The notes under the pieces: model-generated | What the model was told of the DNA's origin: nothing | The model's database searches: none | The model's input: only the letters and a program-made list of their open reading frames with translations | Made by a program: the position numbers and the translations under genes | Shown here: piece after piece, positions 48,700-57,936 of the stretch | Numbering within the stretch: the stretch's first letter is position 1 | How the letters are laid out: every line of letters begins with the position of its first letter | Assembly: GCA_963711565.1 (NCBI GenBank) | Contig: CAVQEQ010000004.1 | Coordinates: 1,120,001-1,184,000 of the forward strand | Direction: 5' to 3' | DNA from: an uncultured delta proteobacterium | Lineage (GTDB): Bacteria > Desulfobacterota > Binatia > Binatales > Binataceae | Length of the DNA: 64,000 bases

Positions 48700-49614
48700 A
48701 TGAACAAGGAACGAGCCGACGAACTCGCGATGTTTGGCACCGCGCTCGAGATCGCCGATCTTCATCCCAACGAGATCAGCCTGCCGGAGGACCATCAGCT
48801 GATCGTCGGCGCGATGCGCTTTCATTATCTCGACTGGGGCGGATCGGGCACGCCGATCCTGTTCCTGCACGGCGGCGGCCTTAACGCGCATACCTGGGAT
48901 TGCGTAGCGGTAATGCTGCGCGAAGGTTATCGATGCATCGCGTTGGATCAGCGTGGTCATGGCGATAGCGAGTGGTCACCGGTGCTCGACTATCGGTTCA
49001 TCGCCCACGCCGGCGATATCGAGGGGTTTATCGAGGCGACGCGATTGGAACGGCCAATCCTGGTTGGACAGTCGATGGGAGGTCTCAATTCGCTCGCCTA
49101 CGCGACGCGGCACAGCGACCAGATGCGAGCGATGGTTATCGTCGATGTGGCGCCGGAGGTCAGCTCCTCAGGCGCGGAGAGGATTCGCGCATTCACCGCA
49201 ACTCCCGAGCTGGATTCGCCTGAGGCATTTCTCGAGCGCGCCGTAAAATTCAACCCACTGCGAGATCCCGCGGTGTTGCGTCGCAGCCTTTACTACAATT
49301 TGCGCCAGACACCGGTGGGGAAATGGACGTTCAAACACGATCAGCGACTACGGTCCGATGAAGGGATGCGCTCCTTTAGCGAGGCTCGCGTGCGGCTCGC
49401 GTCAGAACTCTCCAGCATCAGATGTCCAACGCTGGTGGTGCGGGGAGCGTTGAGCGATATCCTTACCGATGACGCCGCGGAGAAGTTCGCGCGCTCGCTT
49501 CCCGACGGGCGATGGGTGCGGGTCGAGAAGTCGGGTCACAACGTGCAGGGCGACAATCCGCGCGCGCTGCTTGATGCGATGCTCGCGTTTTTCCGCGAAG
49601 CAGGAATCTCCTGA
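48700..49614 (+). CDS. Alpha/beta hydrolase
   Basis: HGGG, DQRGHG, GQSMGG, GHNVQGDNP. Confidence 0.88.
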   Translation: MNKERADELAMFGTALEIADLHPNEISLPEDHQLIVGAMRFHYLDWGGSGTPILFLHGGGLNAHTWDCVAVMLREGYRCIALDQRGHGDSEWSPVLDYRFIAHAGDIEGFIEATRLERPILVGQSMGGLNSLAYATRHSDQMRAMVIVDVAPEVSSSGAERIRAFTATPELDSPEAFLERAVKFNPLRDPAVLRRSLYYNLRQTPVGKWTFKHDQRLRSDEGMRSFSEARVRLASELSSIRCPTLVVRGALSDILTDDAAEKFARSLPDGRWVRVEKSGHNVQGDNPRALLDAMLAFFREAGIS

Positions 49615-50843
49615 TGAAATACATCATCATACACGGCGACGGGATGGCTGATTGGGCGTGCGAAGAACTCGGCGGCAAAACTCCGCTAGCTGCTGCGCAT
49701 AAGCCCAACATGGACTTGCTCGCGACGCGCGGGACGCTCGGGATGGTCGCGACGATTCCCAAGGGCATGCCGTCGGGGAGCGACGTTGGCACCATGACGA
49801 TGCTCGGCTACGACCCGGCGCGTTATCACACCGGCCGCGCGCCGATCGAAGCGGCGAGCATGGGAATCGAGATGGGGCCGCGCGACGTGGTGTTCCGCAT
49901 GAATCTCGTATCGCTGAAGCCGGGCGACGCCGGCGCGATGATCATGAACGACTTCACCTCGGGCCATATCACCAGCGACGAGGCCGCGCTGATCGTCGCG
50001 GACCTGCGCAAGGAACTCGCCGGCGACGGTATCGAATTTTTCAACGGCGTCAGCTACCGGCACCTGATGATGTGGCGGGGCGGCATCGCGACGACGCATC
50101 TCACGCCTCCGCACGACATCACCGGCAAGACTGTCGAGGAACATCTGCCGAAAGGCGCGGGCGCCGATTTGCTGCGCGATCTGACGCGGCGCTCGCGCGA
50201 GATTTTGCGCGAGCATCCGGTGAACAAGGCGCGACGCGCCGCCGGCAAAGCCGAGGCAACGTCAGTATGGTTTTGGGGGCAGGGCACGCGACCGTCAGTG
50301 CCGACATTGAAGGAGCGCTTCGGCGTCGATGGCTCGGTGATATCTGCCGTCGATCTCGTCAACGGCCTCGGCAGGCTCGCTGGACTCAATTTGATCAAGG
50401 TGCCGGGCGCGACCGGATTTCTCGATACCGATTACGCCGCAAAAGGGCGCTACGGTCTCGAATCGCTCAAGTCGCGCGACTTCCTGCTGCTGCATATCGA
50501 GGCGCCCGACGAGGCCGGTCACATGGGCCGCGCCGATCTCAAAAAGGAAGCGATCGAGCGCATCGACGAGTTGATCATCGGCCCGATGCTCGCGGGGCTT
50601 GGCGCACTTGGCGATTTCGCAATTCTGCTGATGCCCGATCACGCGACGCCGAGCCAGCTCAAGACTCATTCGCCGGAGCCGGTCCCGTTCGCACTGATGA
50701 CCTCGGCGCAATTCAAGTCGGGCGGCGGCGCGCCGCATCGCTACACCGAAGAGGAAGGCGCAGCGACCGGCGTACTCGTCGGCGACGGCTATCACCTGAT
50801 AGAATCGCTGTTCGGCAGCCCCTTGAAGACTACGTCGAATTGA
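49614..50843 (+). CDS. apgM: Cofactor-independent phosphoglycerate mutase, archaeal type (ApgM; proposed homoserine-kinase subfamily)
   Basis: GDGMAD, TPL, GSDV, GRAPIEA, TPPHDI, WFWGQG, H.EAPDEAGH, PDH.TP, TH. Confidence 0.9.
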   Translation: MKYIIIHGDGMADWACEELGGKTPLAAAHKPNMDLLATRGTLGMVATIPKGMPSGSDVGTMTMLGYDPARYHTGRAPIEAASMGIEMGPRDVVFRMNLVSLKPGDAGAMIMNDFTSGHITSDEAALIVADLRKELAGDGIEFFNGVSYRHLMMWRGGIATTHLTPPHDITGKTVEEHLPKGAGADLLRDLTRRSREILREHPVNKARRAAGKAEATSVWFWGQGTRPSVPTLKERFGVDGSVISAVDLVNGLGRLAGLNLIKVPGATGFLDTDYAAKGRYGLESLKSRDFLLLHIEAPDEAGHMGRADLKKEAIERIDELIIGPMLAGLGALGDFAILLMPDHATPSQLKTHSPEPVPFALMTSAQFKSGGGAPHRYTEEEGAATGVLVGDGYHLIESLFGSPLKTTSN

Positions 50844-50858
50844 CCTGGAGGCCCCTGG

Positions 50859-51812
50859 ATGGAGCGAAATCTTGCCCTCGAAGTGGTACGCGCGACTGAA
50901 GCCGCGGCGCTGGCGGCGGCGCGCTTCATTGGCAAGGGCGACGAGCGGATGGCGGACCGCGCGGCGTGCGATGCGATGCGCAAGACGCTGAACTCGGTCG
51001 CGATGGACGGCAAGATCGTGATCGGCGAGGGTAAAGAGGGCGACGCCGAGTTCCTGTACGAGGGCGAAATAGTCGGCACCGGCGCGGGCACTGAAATCAA
51101 CGTCGCGCTCGACGCGATCGAAGGTCCGATCATCTGCGCGACCGGCGGGCCCAACGCGCTGTCCTGCGTCGCGCTGGCCGAGCGCGGGCGAATCTTGCGA
51201 TGCCCCGATACTTACATGGACAAGGTGGCGTGCGGACCGGCCGGGCGCGGCGTGATCGATATCGACCGCTCGCCGACCGATAATCTCAAGGCACTCGCCG
51301 AAGCAAAACACGTTTACGTCGAGGATTTGCGCGTCGCGATCCTCGATCGCCCGCGCCATGAAAAGTTGATCAATGAAGTCCGCCGCGCCGGCGCCGGGAT
51401 CAAGATGATCTCCGCCGGTGACTTGTCCGCCGCGATCGCTACCACGCGTCCCGAGAGCGAAATCGACATGCTGATCGGCATCGGCGGCGCGCATCAGGGA
51501 GTGCTCGCGGGCGCCGCGATTCGCTCCGCCGGCGGCGAGATGCAATGCCGGTTCGTGCCGCGCAACGGCGAGGAAGCCGAGGCGTGCCTCGCGATGGGCA
51601 TCATGGATCTCAAGCATCGCTACACGCTCGAGGAGCTGGCGGGAGACAACGTGATGTTCGCGGCGACGGGCGTGACCACCGGTGACTACCTGCGCGGCGT
51701 GCGATTTTTCTCCGGCGGCGCGACCACCAACAGCGTCGTGATGCGCTCGAAGACGCGCACCATCCGCTTCATCGAAGCGATTCATCATTTCGATTTCAAA
51801 CCCGAGTATTAA
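50859..51812 (+). CDS. glpX: Class II fructose-1,6-bisphosphatase
   Basis: RATEAAAL, VIGEG, YM.K, LDRPRH, GIGG, FAATGVT.G..L.GV, R.KT.T.R. Confidence 0.92.
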   Translation: MERNLALEVVRATEAAALAAARFIGKGDERMADRAACDAMRKTLNSVAMDGKIVIGEGKEGDAEFLYEGEIVGTGAGTEINVALDAIEGPIICATGGPNALSCVALAERGRILRCPDTYMDKVACGPAGRGVIDIDRSPTDNLKALAEAKHVYVEDLRVAILDRPRHEKLINEVRRAGAGIKMISAGDLSAAIATTRPESEIDMLIGIGGAHQGVLAGAAIRSAGGEMQCRFVPRNGEEAEACLAMGIMDLKHRYTLEELAGDNVMFAATGVTTGDYLRGVRFFSGGATTNSVVMRSKTRTIRFIEAIHHFDFKPEY

Positions 51813-51825
51813 CCGATCCGTCGCC

Positions 51826-52035
51826 GTGAAGCGCGTTCCAGAATGGCCGAAGCTGCGCGCCCCTTCGTGGCGCGGGGCCAGCGTCGCTGAACGGGCGCGC
51901 GCAATCGAAAACGCTTGTCGTACCGCCATCGAACTGCTCGAAGATTCCAAAGAGCGTGAGGCTAGACTGCGGCGCATCGACCCGGTCCCGAGCTCGACCC
52001 GAGCTATCATCCGCCGCCTCGCCGCCAGTGGCTAG
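51826..52035 (+). CDS. Small hypothetical protein (69 aa)
   Basis: GTG start after glpX; amphipathic helices ending DP.P.STR.IIRRL. Confidence 0.5.
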   Translation: MKRVPEWPKLRAPSWRGASVAERARAIENACRTAIELLEDSKEREARLRRIDPVPSSTRAIIRRLAASG

Positions 52036-52176
52036 GCGAAGCGCTAAAACCGCAGCTCAAGTCGCCCGCGCTCTCGCTCTGGTCTCGCAGTACCGCTTCA
52101 GCATCGCCAGCGGTAACCTGTCGCGCCCGGCTTTTATCGCCTAGTATAAATCGAACTCGAGGGAGGGTGGCGGGAT

Positions 52177-52371
52177 ATGTGGCTGCGCGTGACGATGAAA
52201 GACAGGCCGGTAATGATTAACGCGGATCGAGTCGTGAAAATTGTGGAGATTCCCGGCAGTGTCGAGCGGAGCCGCGGATGCCACGTCTATATTTCGCTCA
52301 CCGAGTTCCTGGAAGTCGATCAGTCGCTGCACGAGATGATGATCTCGCTCGGCTTCGAAGAGCGGCAGTAG
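52177..52371 (+). CDS. Small hypothetical protein (64 aa)
   Basis: GGAGG upstream; W......PV.IN.D.V..I pattern of small beta proteins. Confidence 0.55.
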   Translation: MWLRVTMKDRPVMINADRVVKIVEIPGSVERSRGCHVYISLTEFLEVDQSLHEMMISLGFEERQ

Positions 52372-52860
52372 TCACTCCATCATCTCCAAAGCCTGACACG
52401 TGCTCGAGTCCGGTTTGAACTGGCCGGCCAGACACGACATCTTGGCTGCGTCGATCAGCGCCGGCTCGTCCCAATTCGCAGGCCAGGGACCGGTGTTGAC
52501 TGCCGCGCACGCCTGGCTATTGCCCATCGAGCACCAGGTGCTCAACTCGCCGTGCAGCACGGCCATCTGCTGGCACGCGTCCTGTTTGCCGGCGTTGCAG
52601 GCGGGCGTTTGCGTCTCGATCGGTGCGGTCGATTCGATCGCAACCTTGGTTTTGCCGAGCTCCTGCACGATCGTATGACACGCGGCCTGGTTGCCCTCGC
52701 TGCACTTCTCGGCTGACTCTGTGCGAATCTTATCGACGAATTCCTTCGCCGGCGCAGTGCATCCCGTAACATTGACGAGCGCGAGGGCGAGCGCGAAAAG
52801 GCGGGCATGCGTTCTCAATCCGGCGGGCACGTGCGCATTGTTTCGCGCGCGATGAGTCAT
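52372..52860 (-). CDS. Cys-rich lipoprotein with CxxGxxxAC (Sel1/Hcp-like) repeats; start uncertain
   Basis: VTGC lipobox; CSEGNQAAC, CNAGKQDAC, CSMGNSQAC. Confidence 0.65.
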   Translation of the reverse strand: MTHRARNNAHVPAGLRTHARLFALALALVNVTGCTAPAKEFVDKIRTESAEKCSEGNQAACHTIVQELGKTKVAIESTAPIETQTPACNAGKQDACQQMAVLHGELSTWCSMGNSQACAAVNTGPWPANWDEPALIDAAKMSCLAGQFKPDSSTCQALEMME

Positions 52861-52911
52861 ACGCAAGCGAATAGGGTTGACACCGAAAGCGTGCAGGGCG
52901 GAATTAGGGAC

Positions 52912-53691
52912 ATGGATCTCAAGAATATAATTTTCGACAAAGCTGCGATCGCGACGCTCACCGTGAACCGACCCGGTGCGCTCAACGCGTTGAATCGCGA
53001 GGTGCTCGAGGAAATGGCGCGCGTGATTCGCGAGGTCCGCCACGACCGGTCGGTGCGCGTGCTGATCGTCACAGGCGCCGGCGACAAGGCATTCGTCGCG
53101 GGCGCGGATATCGCGGCGATGGCGAAAATGTCGGCGGTTGACGGCCTCGATTTTTCGCGCCTCGGTCATCGCGTGATGGAAAGTTTCGAGGACTTGCCAA
53201 TTCCCGTCATCGCGGCGGTCAACGGCTTCGCGCTCGGCGGCGGCCTCGAGCTCGCGCTCGCCTGCGACCTCGTCGTCGCGAGCGACAAGGCGCGATTCGG
53301 TCAGCCCGAAATAAATCTCGGACTAATTCCGGGCTTCGGCGGCACGCAACGCCTGCCGCATCGAATCGGCCACAACAAGGCGCGCGAGTTAATCATGACA
53401 GGCGACATGTTCGACGCGAAGACCGCTCTGGAACTTGGCCTCGCCAACCAGGTCGTTGCCCCCGACGCACTGCTCGAGACCACGCGCAAACTAGCCGAGA
53501 AAATCGCAAGCAAATCCGCCGTCGCGTTACGTCAGGCGAAAGCCGCTCTGCGGGCGGCGTTCACGATGGAAGAAGACAGTGGCCTCCGCTTCGAGCAGGA
53601 GGCCTTCGGCGTAACCTTCGCCAGCGCAGACCGTGTCGAGGGCACAACCGCCTTCGTCGAGAAGCGCCCGCCGAAGTGGCAGCACAAATAG
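52912..53691 (+). CDS. Enoyl-CoA hydratase (crotonase)
   Basis: NRP..LNAL, AFVAGADI, NGFALGGG.E, GQPEI.LG.IPGFGGTQRL. Confidence 0.93.
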   Translation: MDLKNIIFDKAAIATLTVNRPGALNALNREVLEEMARVIREVRHDRSVRVLIVTGAGDKAFVAGADIAAMAKMSAVDGLDFSRLGHRVMESFEDLPIPVIAAVNGFALGGGLELALACDLVVASDKARFGQPEINLGLIPGFGGTQRLPHRIGHNKARELIMTGDMFDAKTALELGLANQVVAPDALLETTRKLAEKIASKSAVALRQAKAALRAAFTMEEDSGLRFEQEAFGVTFASADRVEGTTAFVEKRPPKWQHK

Positions 53692-53699
53692 CCCTTAAC

Positions 53700-53757
53700 A
53701 CTGGGTGCAGGGCTCAGCCCTGCCCAGGGAAGCGTGAAACCCACGGCGGGTTTCATA
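53700..53757 (+). repeat. Repeat family B copy
   Basis: ACTGGGTGCAGGGCTCAGCCCTGCCCAGGGAAGCGTGAAACCCACGGCGGGTTTCAT. Confidence 0.85.
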
Positions 53758-53915
53758 TCTAATAAAGTGATTTACCCTTCCCCGCGCGAGGGTTGACCAC
53801 TTCCCGCCCCTGTGGGAAACTCCGGCCAATGCAGCAGACAGCGCCGCCGGATTAGGCGGCGTTGTTCATTCTGATGGCGTGACTATATTAAATTTGAAGC
53901 GTTCGGAGGATCTTC

Positions 53916-54356
53916 ATGGCTGAGCAGGCTCAAGCTACTGACACGGGACCGCGCCCGATTGTTCCATGGTTGAAATTGGCGCCCAAGCCCCATCTCGAAG
54001 GGATCAAGTGCGCGTGCGGCGCAATCTATCTCGATCCCAAACGCGTCGCATGCTCGAAATGCGGCGAGACTGACAAGTTCAAACCGCTGACGTTGTCCGA
54101 CAGGGGCAAGGTCTACGTGTTTTCGGTCGTGCATCAGTCGTTCCCGGGAATCAAGACGCCGTACGTGACGGCGATCGTCGATCTGCCCGAGGGCGTCAGC
54201 GTCCGTGCGAATCTGACCGGCGTCGATCCCGAGCAGGCGCAGAAGGAACCCAACAAGATTTTCAATTTGCCGGTCGAGCTGGTCACCGGCGTGGCGGCCA
54301 AGGATCGCGAAGGGCACGACGTAGTGGCTTTTTCGTTCCAGCCGAGTAAAAATTAG
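53916..54356 (+). CDS. DUF35 Zn-ribbon/OB-fold protein (ChsH2 C-terminal-like)
   Basis: C.CG....P....C..C zinc ribbon, G.VY.FSVV, PYV.A.V.L.EG. Confidence 0.88.
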   Translation: MAEQAQATDTGPRPIVPWLKLAPKPHLEGIKCACGAIYLDPKRVACSKCGETDKFKPLTLSDRGKVYVFSVVHQSFPGIKTPYVTAIVDLPEGVSVRANLTGVDPEQAQKEPNKIFNLPVELVTGVAAKDREGHDVVAFSFQPSKN

Positions 54357-54429
54357 GCGGCTCCGCAGGCGCCGCGAACAACTTTACGACGGACCTGAGC
54401 TTCGGGCCGGGCCGCCAGGAGGAATCAAG

Positions 54430-55590
54430 ATGCGAAATGTTTATGTTCTCGGAACCGGGATGATCAAATTCGGGCGCTATCCCGACAAGAGCGTTCCGGA
54501 ACTCGGCGGCCAGGCGGCGATCCTCGCGCTCAAGGACGCCGGAATCGGAATCAAGGACGTTGAGATGTTCGCCTGCGGAAATCTCTACCAGTCCAACGCG
54601 ATGGTCGGGCAGCGAATCCTGCAGCAAATAGGCCAGACCGGAATCCCCGTGATCAACGTCGCGAACGCATGCGCCACCGGCTCGACGGCGTTTCGCGAGG
54701 CGTACATGTCAGTTGCGGCCGGGATGTATGACATCTCGATGGCGGTCGGCGTCGAGCAGATGGGCAAGCAAGGCTTGCTCGGCGGCGCAGGCGGTGGCGA
54801 TCCCGCGTACTCGACCGAGGGCAAAGTCGGCTCAGGTTTGATGCCCGCGGTATTCGGCCAGGCTGGCATCGAGCACATGCGCAAGTACGGCACCAAGCCG
54901 GAGCACTTCGCAAAAATTTCGGTCAAGTCGCACAAGCATGCGACCAAGAATCCGTTCTCGCAGTATCGTAACGAAGTCTCGCTCGAAGACGTGATGAATG
55001 CGCGCATGGTCGCGTATCCCAACACTCTTTATATGTGTTGCCCGACGGGTGACGGCGCGGCGGCTGCGATTCTTGTCAGCGAGGACAAGCTGAAGCAGCT
55101 CGCCGGCGGACGCAAGCGTCCGAAGATTGCGGCTTCCGTGCTCACCTCGGATCCATGGACCGATCGCGACCTCACGCTGCCAGACGTCAGCACGCTCACG
55201 CGGCGCGCGTCGAAGCAGGCGTACGAGAAGGCCGGCATCGGACCCAAGGATATCGCGCTTACCGAATTGCATGACTGTTTCGCGACCGCGGAACTCGTGC
55301 ACTACGAGAACCTCGGACTCTGCGGCGACGGCGAAGCCGGCCGTTTCATCGACTCGGGCGGCGGCATGCATCCGAGCCTCGGCGGCCATGACCCCGTCAA
55401 TGTTTCGGGCGGACTGCTCTCGAAGGGGCATCCTCTCGGCGCGACCGGCGTCGCGAATATCTGCGAAGTGGTCTGGCATCTGACGCAGGACGATCGCGCG
55501 AAAGATCGCCTGGTGCCTAACGCCAAGGCGGGCCAAGCCCACGTAATCGGGCTGGGTTCCGCCTGCACGATTCACATCCTGACGGTATAA
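54430..55590 (+). CDS. Thiolase family protein (SCP2/lipid-transfer type)
   Basis: NACATG, CCP..DGAAA, ELHDCF, N.SGGL..KGHPLGATG, H.IG.G. Confidence 0.92.
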   Translation: MRNVYVLGTGMIKFGRYPDKSVPELGGQAAILALKDAGIGIKDVEMFACGNLYQSNAMVGQRILQQIGQTGIPVINVANACATGSTAFREAYMSVAAGMYDISMAVGVEQMGKQGLLGGAGGGDPAYSTEGKVGSGLMPAVFGQAGIEHMRKYGTKPEHFAKISVKSHKHATKNPFSQYRNEVSLEDVMNARMVAYPNTLYMCCPTGDGAAAAILVSEDKLKQLAGGRKRPKIAASVLTSDPWTDRDLTLPDVSTLTRRASKQAYEKAGIGPKDIALTELHDCFATAELVHYENLGLCGDGEAGRFIDSGGGMHPSLGGHDPVNVSGGLLSKGHPLGATGVANICEVVWHLTQDDRAKDRLVPNAKAGQAHVIGLGSACTIHILTV

Positions 55591-55631
55591 TTCAGGAACG
55601 ACGAAAAGACGCCTAATCGGCACTTCGAGAG

Positions 55632-55660
55632 AGGGCCGCCCAAACAGGCGGCCCTTTTTC
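55632..55660 (+). terminator. Intrinsic terminator
   Basis: AGGGCCGCC-caaaca-GGCGGCCCT followed by TTTTCTTT. Confidence 0.85.
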
Positions 55661-55698
55661 TTTCCCGATCAGGCCGATAAGTTTGACGGACCATCAGA

Positions 55699-56607
55699 AT
55701 GGCGAACGAAACAAAATCGACAGCTGAACGGCTCGGCTACAAGGCCGACGCGCGCGTGCTCATCCTCAATGCCGACGACTTCGGCATGTGCCACGATCAG
55801 AACGAAGGCGTGATGCGGGGATTGAAGGAGGGCATCTTCACGTCGTTGACGATCCTCGTGACGTGTCCGTGGTTCGAGGAGGCGGCGGAGTTCGCGCGCA
55901 ATAATCCCGCGGCAGATCTCGGCGTGCATCTCACGCTCACCGCCGAATGGGACAGCTACAAATGGGGACCCGTATTGGGGCGTCGCGCGGTGCCGTCGCT
56001 GGTCGATGAGCGCGGGTACCTGTGGCAGACAGTCGCGCAGGTTTACGAGCATGCGCGCCTCGACGAAGCGGAAGCCGAGCTGCGCGCGCAAATCGAGAAG
56101 GCGCTCGCGGCGGGAATCGACGCGACTCATCTCGATTCGCACATGGGCACGTTGCAGCTGCGCGCCGACTATCACGAGATCTACGCGCGGCTCGCCACGG
56201 AGTATCGACTGCCGATCAGGCTCGCATCGCGCAAGATGATGCGTGACCAGATGGGGCCGATTCTCGACCAACTCGACAAGGCGGGCGTTGTAACACCCGA
56301 CCATCTCGTCTTTCACGGTCCGTCAAAGCTGGCGGAGACCGAGTCCTACTGGTCGGATCTGATTCGCTCGCTGTTCCCGGGCGTGACGGAGATCCTGTGT
56401 CATCCCGCGCTCGCTCGCGACGAGCTGAAGAGCTGCGCGCGCGACGCTCTCCAGCGCGAAGCCGATTTCCGCTACTTCACTTCGGACAAGACGCGCAAGC
56501 TGGTCGCCGTTGAAGGCGTCAAGCTGGTCGGCTTCCGCGAGCTGCGCAACCTGATGCGCCCGGAACCCTCCAACTCCGGTTCCCCTTCCCTCAAGGGAAG
56601 GGGTTAG
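55699..56607 (+). CDS. YdjC/ChbG-like carbohydrate deacetylase
   Basis: NADDFG, GVHLTL, THLDSHM, E..CHP. Confidence 0.88.
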   Translation: MANETKSTAERLGYKADARVLILNADDFGMCHDQNEGVMRGLKEGIFTSLTILVTCPWFEEAAEFARNNPAADLGVHLTLTAEWDSYKWGPVLGRRAVPSLVDERGYLWQTVAQVYEHARLDEAEAELRAQIEKALAAGIDATHLDSHMGTLQLRADYHEIYARLATEYRLPIRLASRKMMRDQMGPILDQLDKAGVVTPDHLVFHGPSKLAETESYWSDLIRSLFPGVTEILCHPALARDELKSCARDALQREADFRYFTSDKTRKLVAVEGVKLVGFRELRNLMRPEPSNSGSPSLKGRG

Positions 56608-56614
56608 GGGTTAG
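56576..56614 (+). repeat. Family A short unit overlapping the ydjC-like stop and the hisS ribosome-binding region
   Basis: CCGGTTCCCCTTCCCTCAAGGGAAGGGGTTAGGGGTTAGG. Confidence 0.8.
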
Positions 56615-56619
56615 GTTAG

Positions 56620-57876
56620 TTGGAACTGACGCGACTCAGAGGGTTTCGGGATCTGATCGGCGCCGACGCGCGCGCGATGAGCCTCGTCGAGGAGCGGGCG
56701 CGCGCAATTTTCGATCGCTACTCGATCAAAGAAATCAGAATTCCCGTGCTCGAGCGCACGCAGCTCTACTCGCGCTCCAGCGGCGAGACTTCGGATGTCG
56801 TCGAAAAGCAGATGTACACGTTCACCGATCGCGACGAGGGCGAGACCGCCGTCGCGCTCCGCCCCGAAGGTACGCCCGGCGTTGTGCGCGCATATGTCGA
56901 GGCCGGTCTCGATCGCACCGACCCCGAGCAGCGGCTGTTCTACTCGGGTCCGATGTTCCGTCGCGAACGTCCGCAGAAGGGCCGCTATCGCCAGTTCTAT
57001 CAATTCGGCGTCGAAATATTCGGAAGACCCGACGCGGCCTCCGACGCCGAGCTGCTGATCATGATCGACGAGCTTTGCCGCGATCTCAAACTTCCGTTCA
57101 CGATGGAAGTCAATTCGATTGGCGACCAGAAATGCCGGCCCGCCTTTCGCGAGGCCCTCGTCCAGTGGGGTCGAGCGCATTGGGACGAACTCGACGACGA
57201 CTGCCACAATCGCATCGATCGCAATCCGCTGCGCCTGCTCGATTGCAAGAAAGACGCGAAGGTCACGGAGTCGGCGCCCAAGAGTCTGGACTACCTGTGC
57301 GACGAATGCCGCGCGCATTTCGACATCGTCAAGGAGCTTCTGACCGCCGCGAACGTCCAGTACATCGTCAACCCGCGGATGGTGCGAGGCCTCGATTACT
57401 ACACGCGCACCGCGTTCGAGGTGATGGCGAGCGGTCTCGGCGCGCAGAGCACAATCGTCGCGGGCGGGCGATACGACGGCTTGGTCGAGACGATGGGCGG
57501 TACGGCGATTGCAGGAATTGGCTTCGCGATCGGGGTAGATCGGATGGCGCTAGCTCTGGAAGCTGCTGGCGTGACGCCGACTATCGCGCCGGATGCCGCG
57601 ATAATTTCGATGGGGCCTGCGGCGATGCGTCATGCGGTCATCGTAGCGCGCGATTTGCGGGCGGCGAACCTCAACGTCGAGATGCTCTCGCCGGAGCGCA
57701 AGATGAAGTCGCTGCTTGCGCGCGCGTCGAAGATTGGCGCGCGCTTCGCAGTGATTATCGGCGACGACGAACTGGCGCGCGGCGTCGTGCAGCTACGCGA
57801 CTTGAACGAGAGCACGCAGCGCGAAGTAGCAGTAGCAGAGGCCGCGCGCGCGATTGCGGAGGCTCGCGAAGAGTGA
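56620..57876 (+). CDS. hisS: Histidine--tRNA ligase
   Basis: RG..D, LRPEGT, FRRERPQKGRYRQF.Q, RGLDYY, GGRYDGL, GFAIG.DR; TTG start. Confidence 0.96.
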   Translation: MELTRLRGFRDLIGADARAMSLVEERARAIFDRYSIKEIRIPVLERTQLYSRSSGETSDVVEKQMYTFTDRDEGETAVALRPEGTPGVVRAYVEAGLDRTDPEQRLFYSGPMFRRERPQKGRYRQFYQFGVEIFGRPDAASDAELLIMIDELCRDLKLPFTMEVNSIGDQKCRPAFREALVQWGRAHWDELDDDCHNRIDRNPLRLLDCKKDAKVTESAPKSLDYLCDECRAHFDIVKELLTAANVQYIVNPRMVRGLDYYTRTAFEVMASGLGAQSTIVAGGRYDGLVETMGGTAIAGIGFAIGVDRMALALEAAGVTPTIAPDAAIISMGPAAMRHAVIVARDLRAANLNVEMLSPERKMKSLLARASKIGARFAVIIGDDELARGVVQLRDLNESTQREVAVAEAARAIAEAREE

Positions 57877-57936
57877 CTGTTTCTTACACTCAATCGCACA
57901 GGTATTCTTCGACCGACGGGATAAATTTCAACTGTA

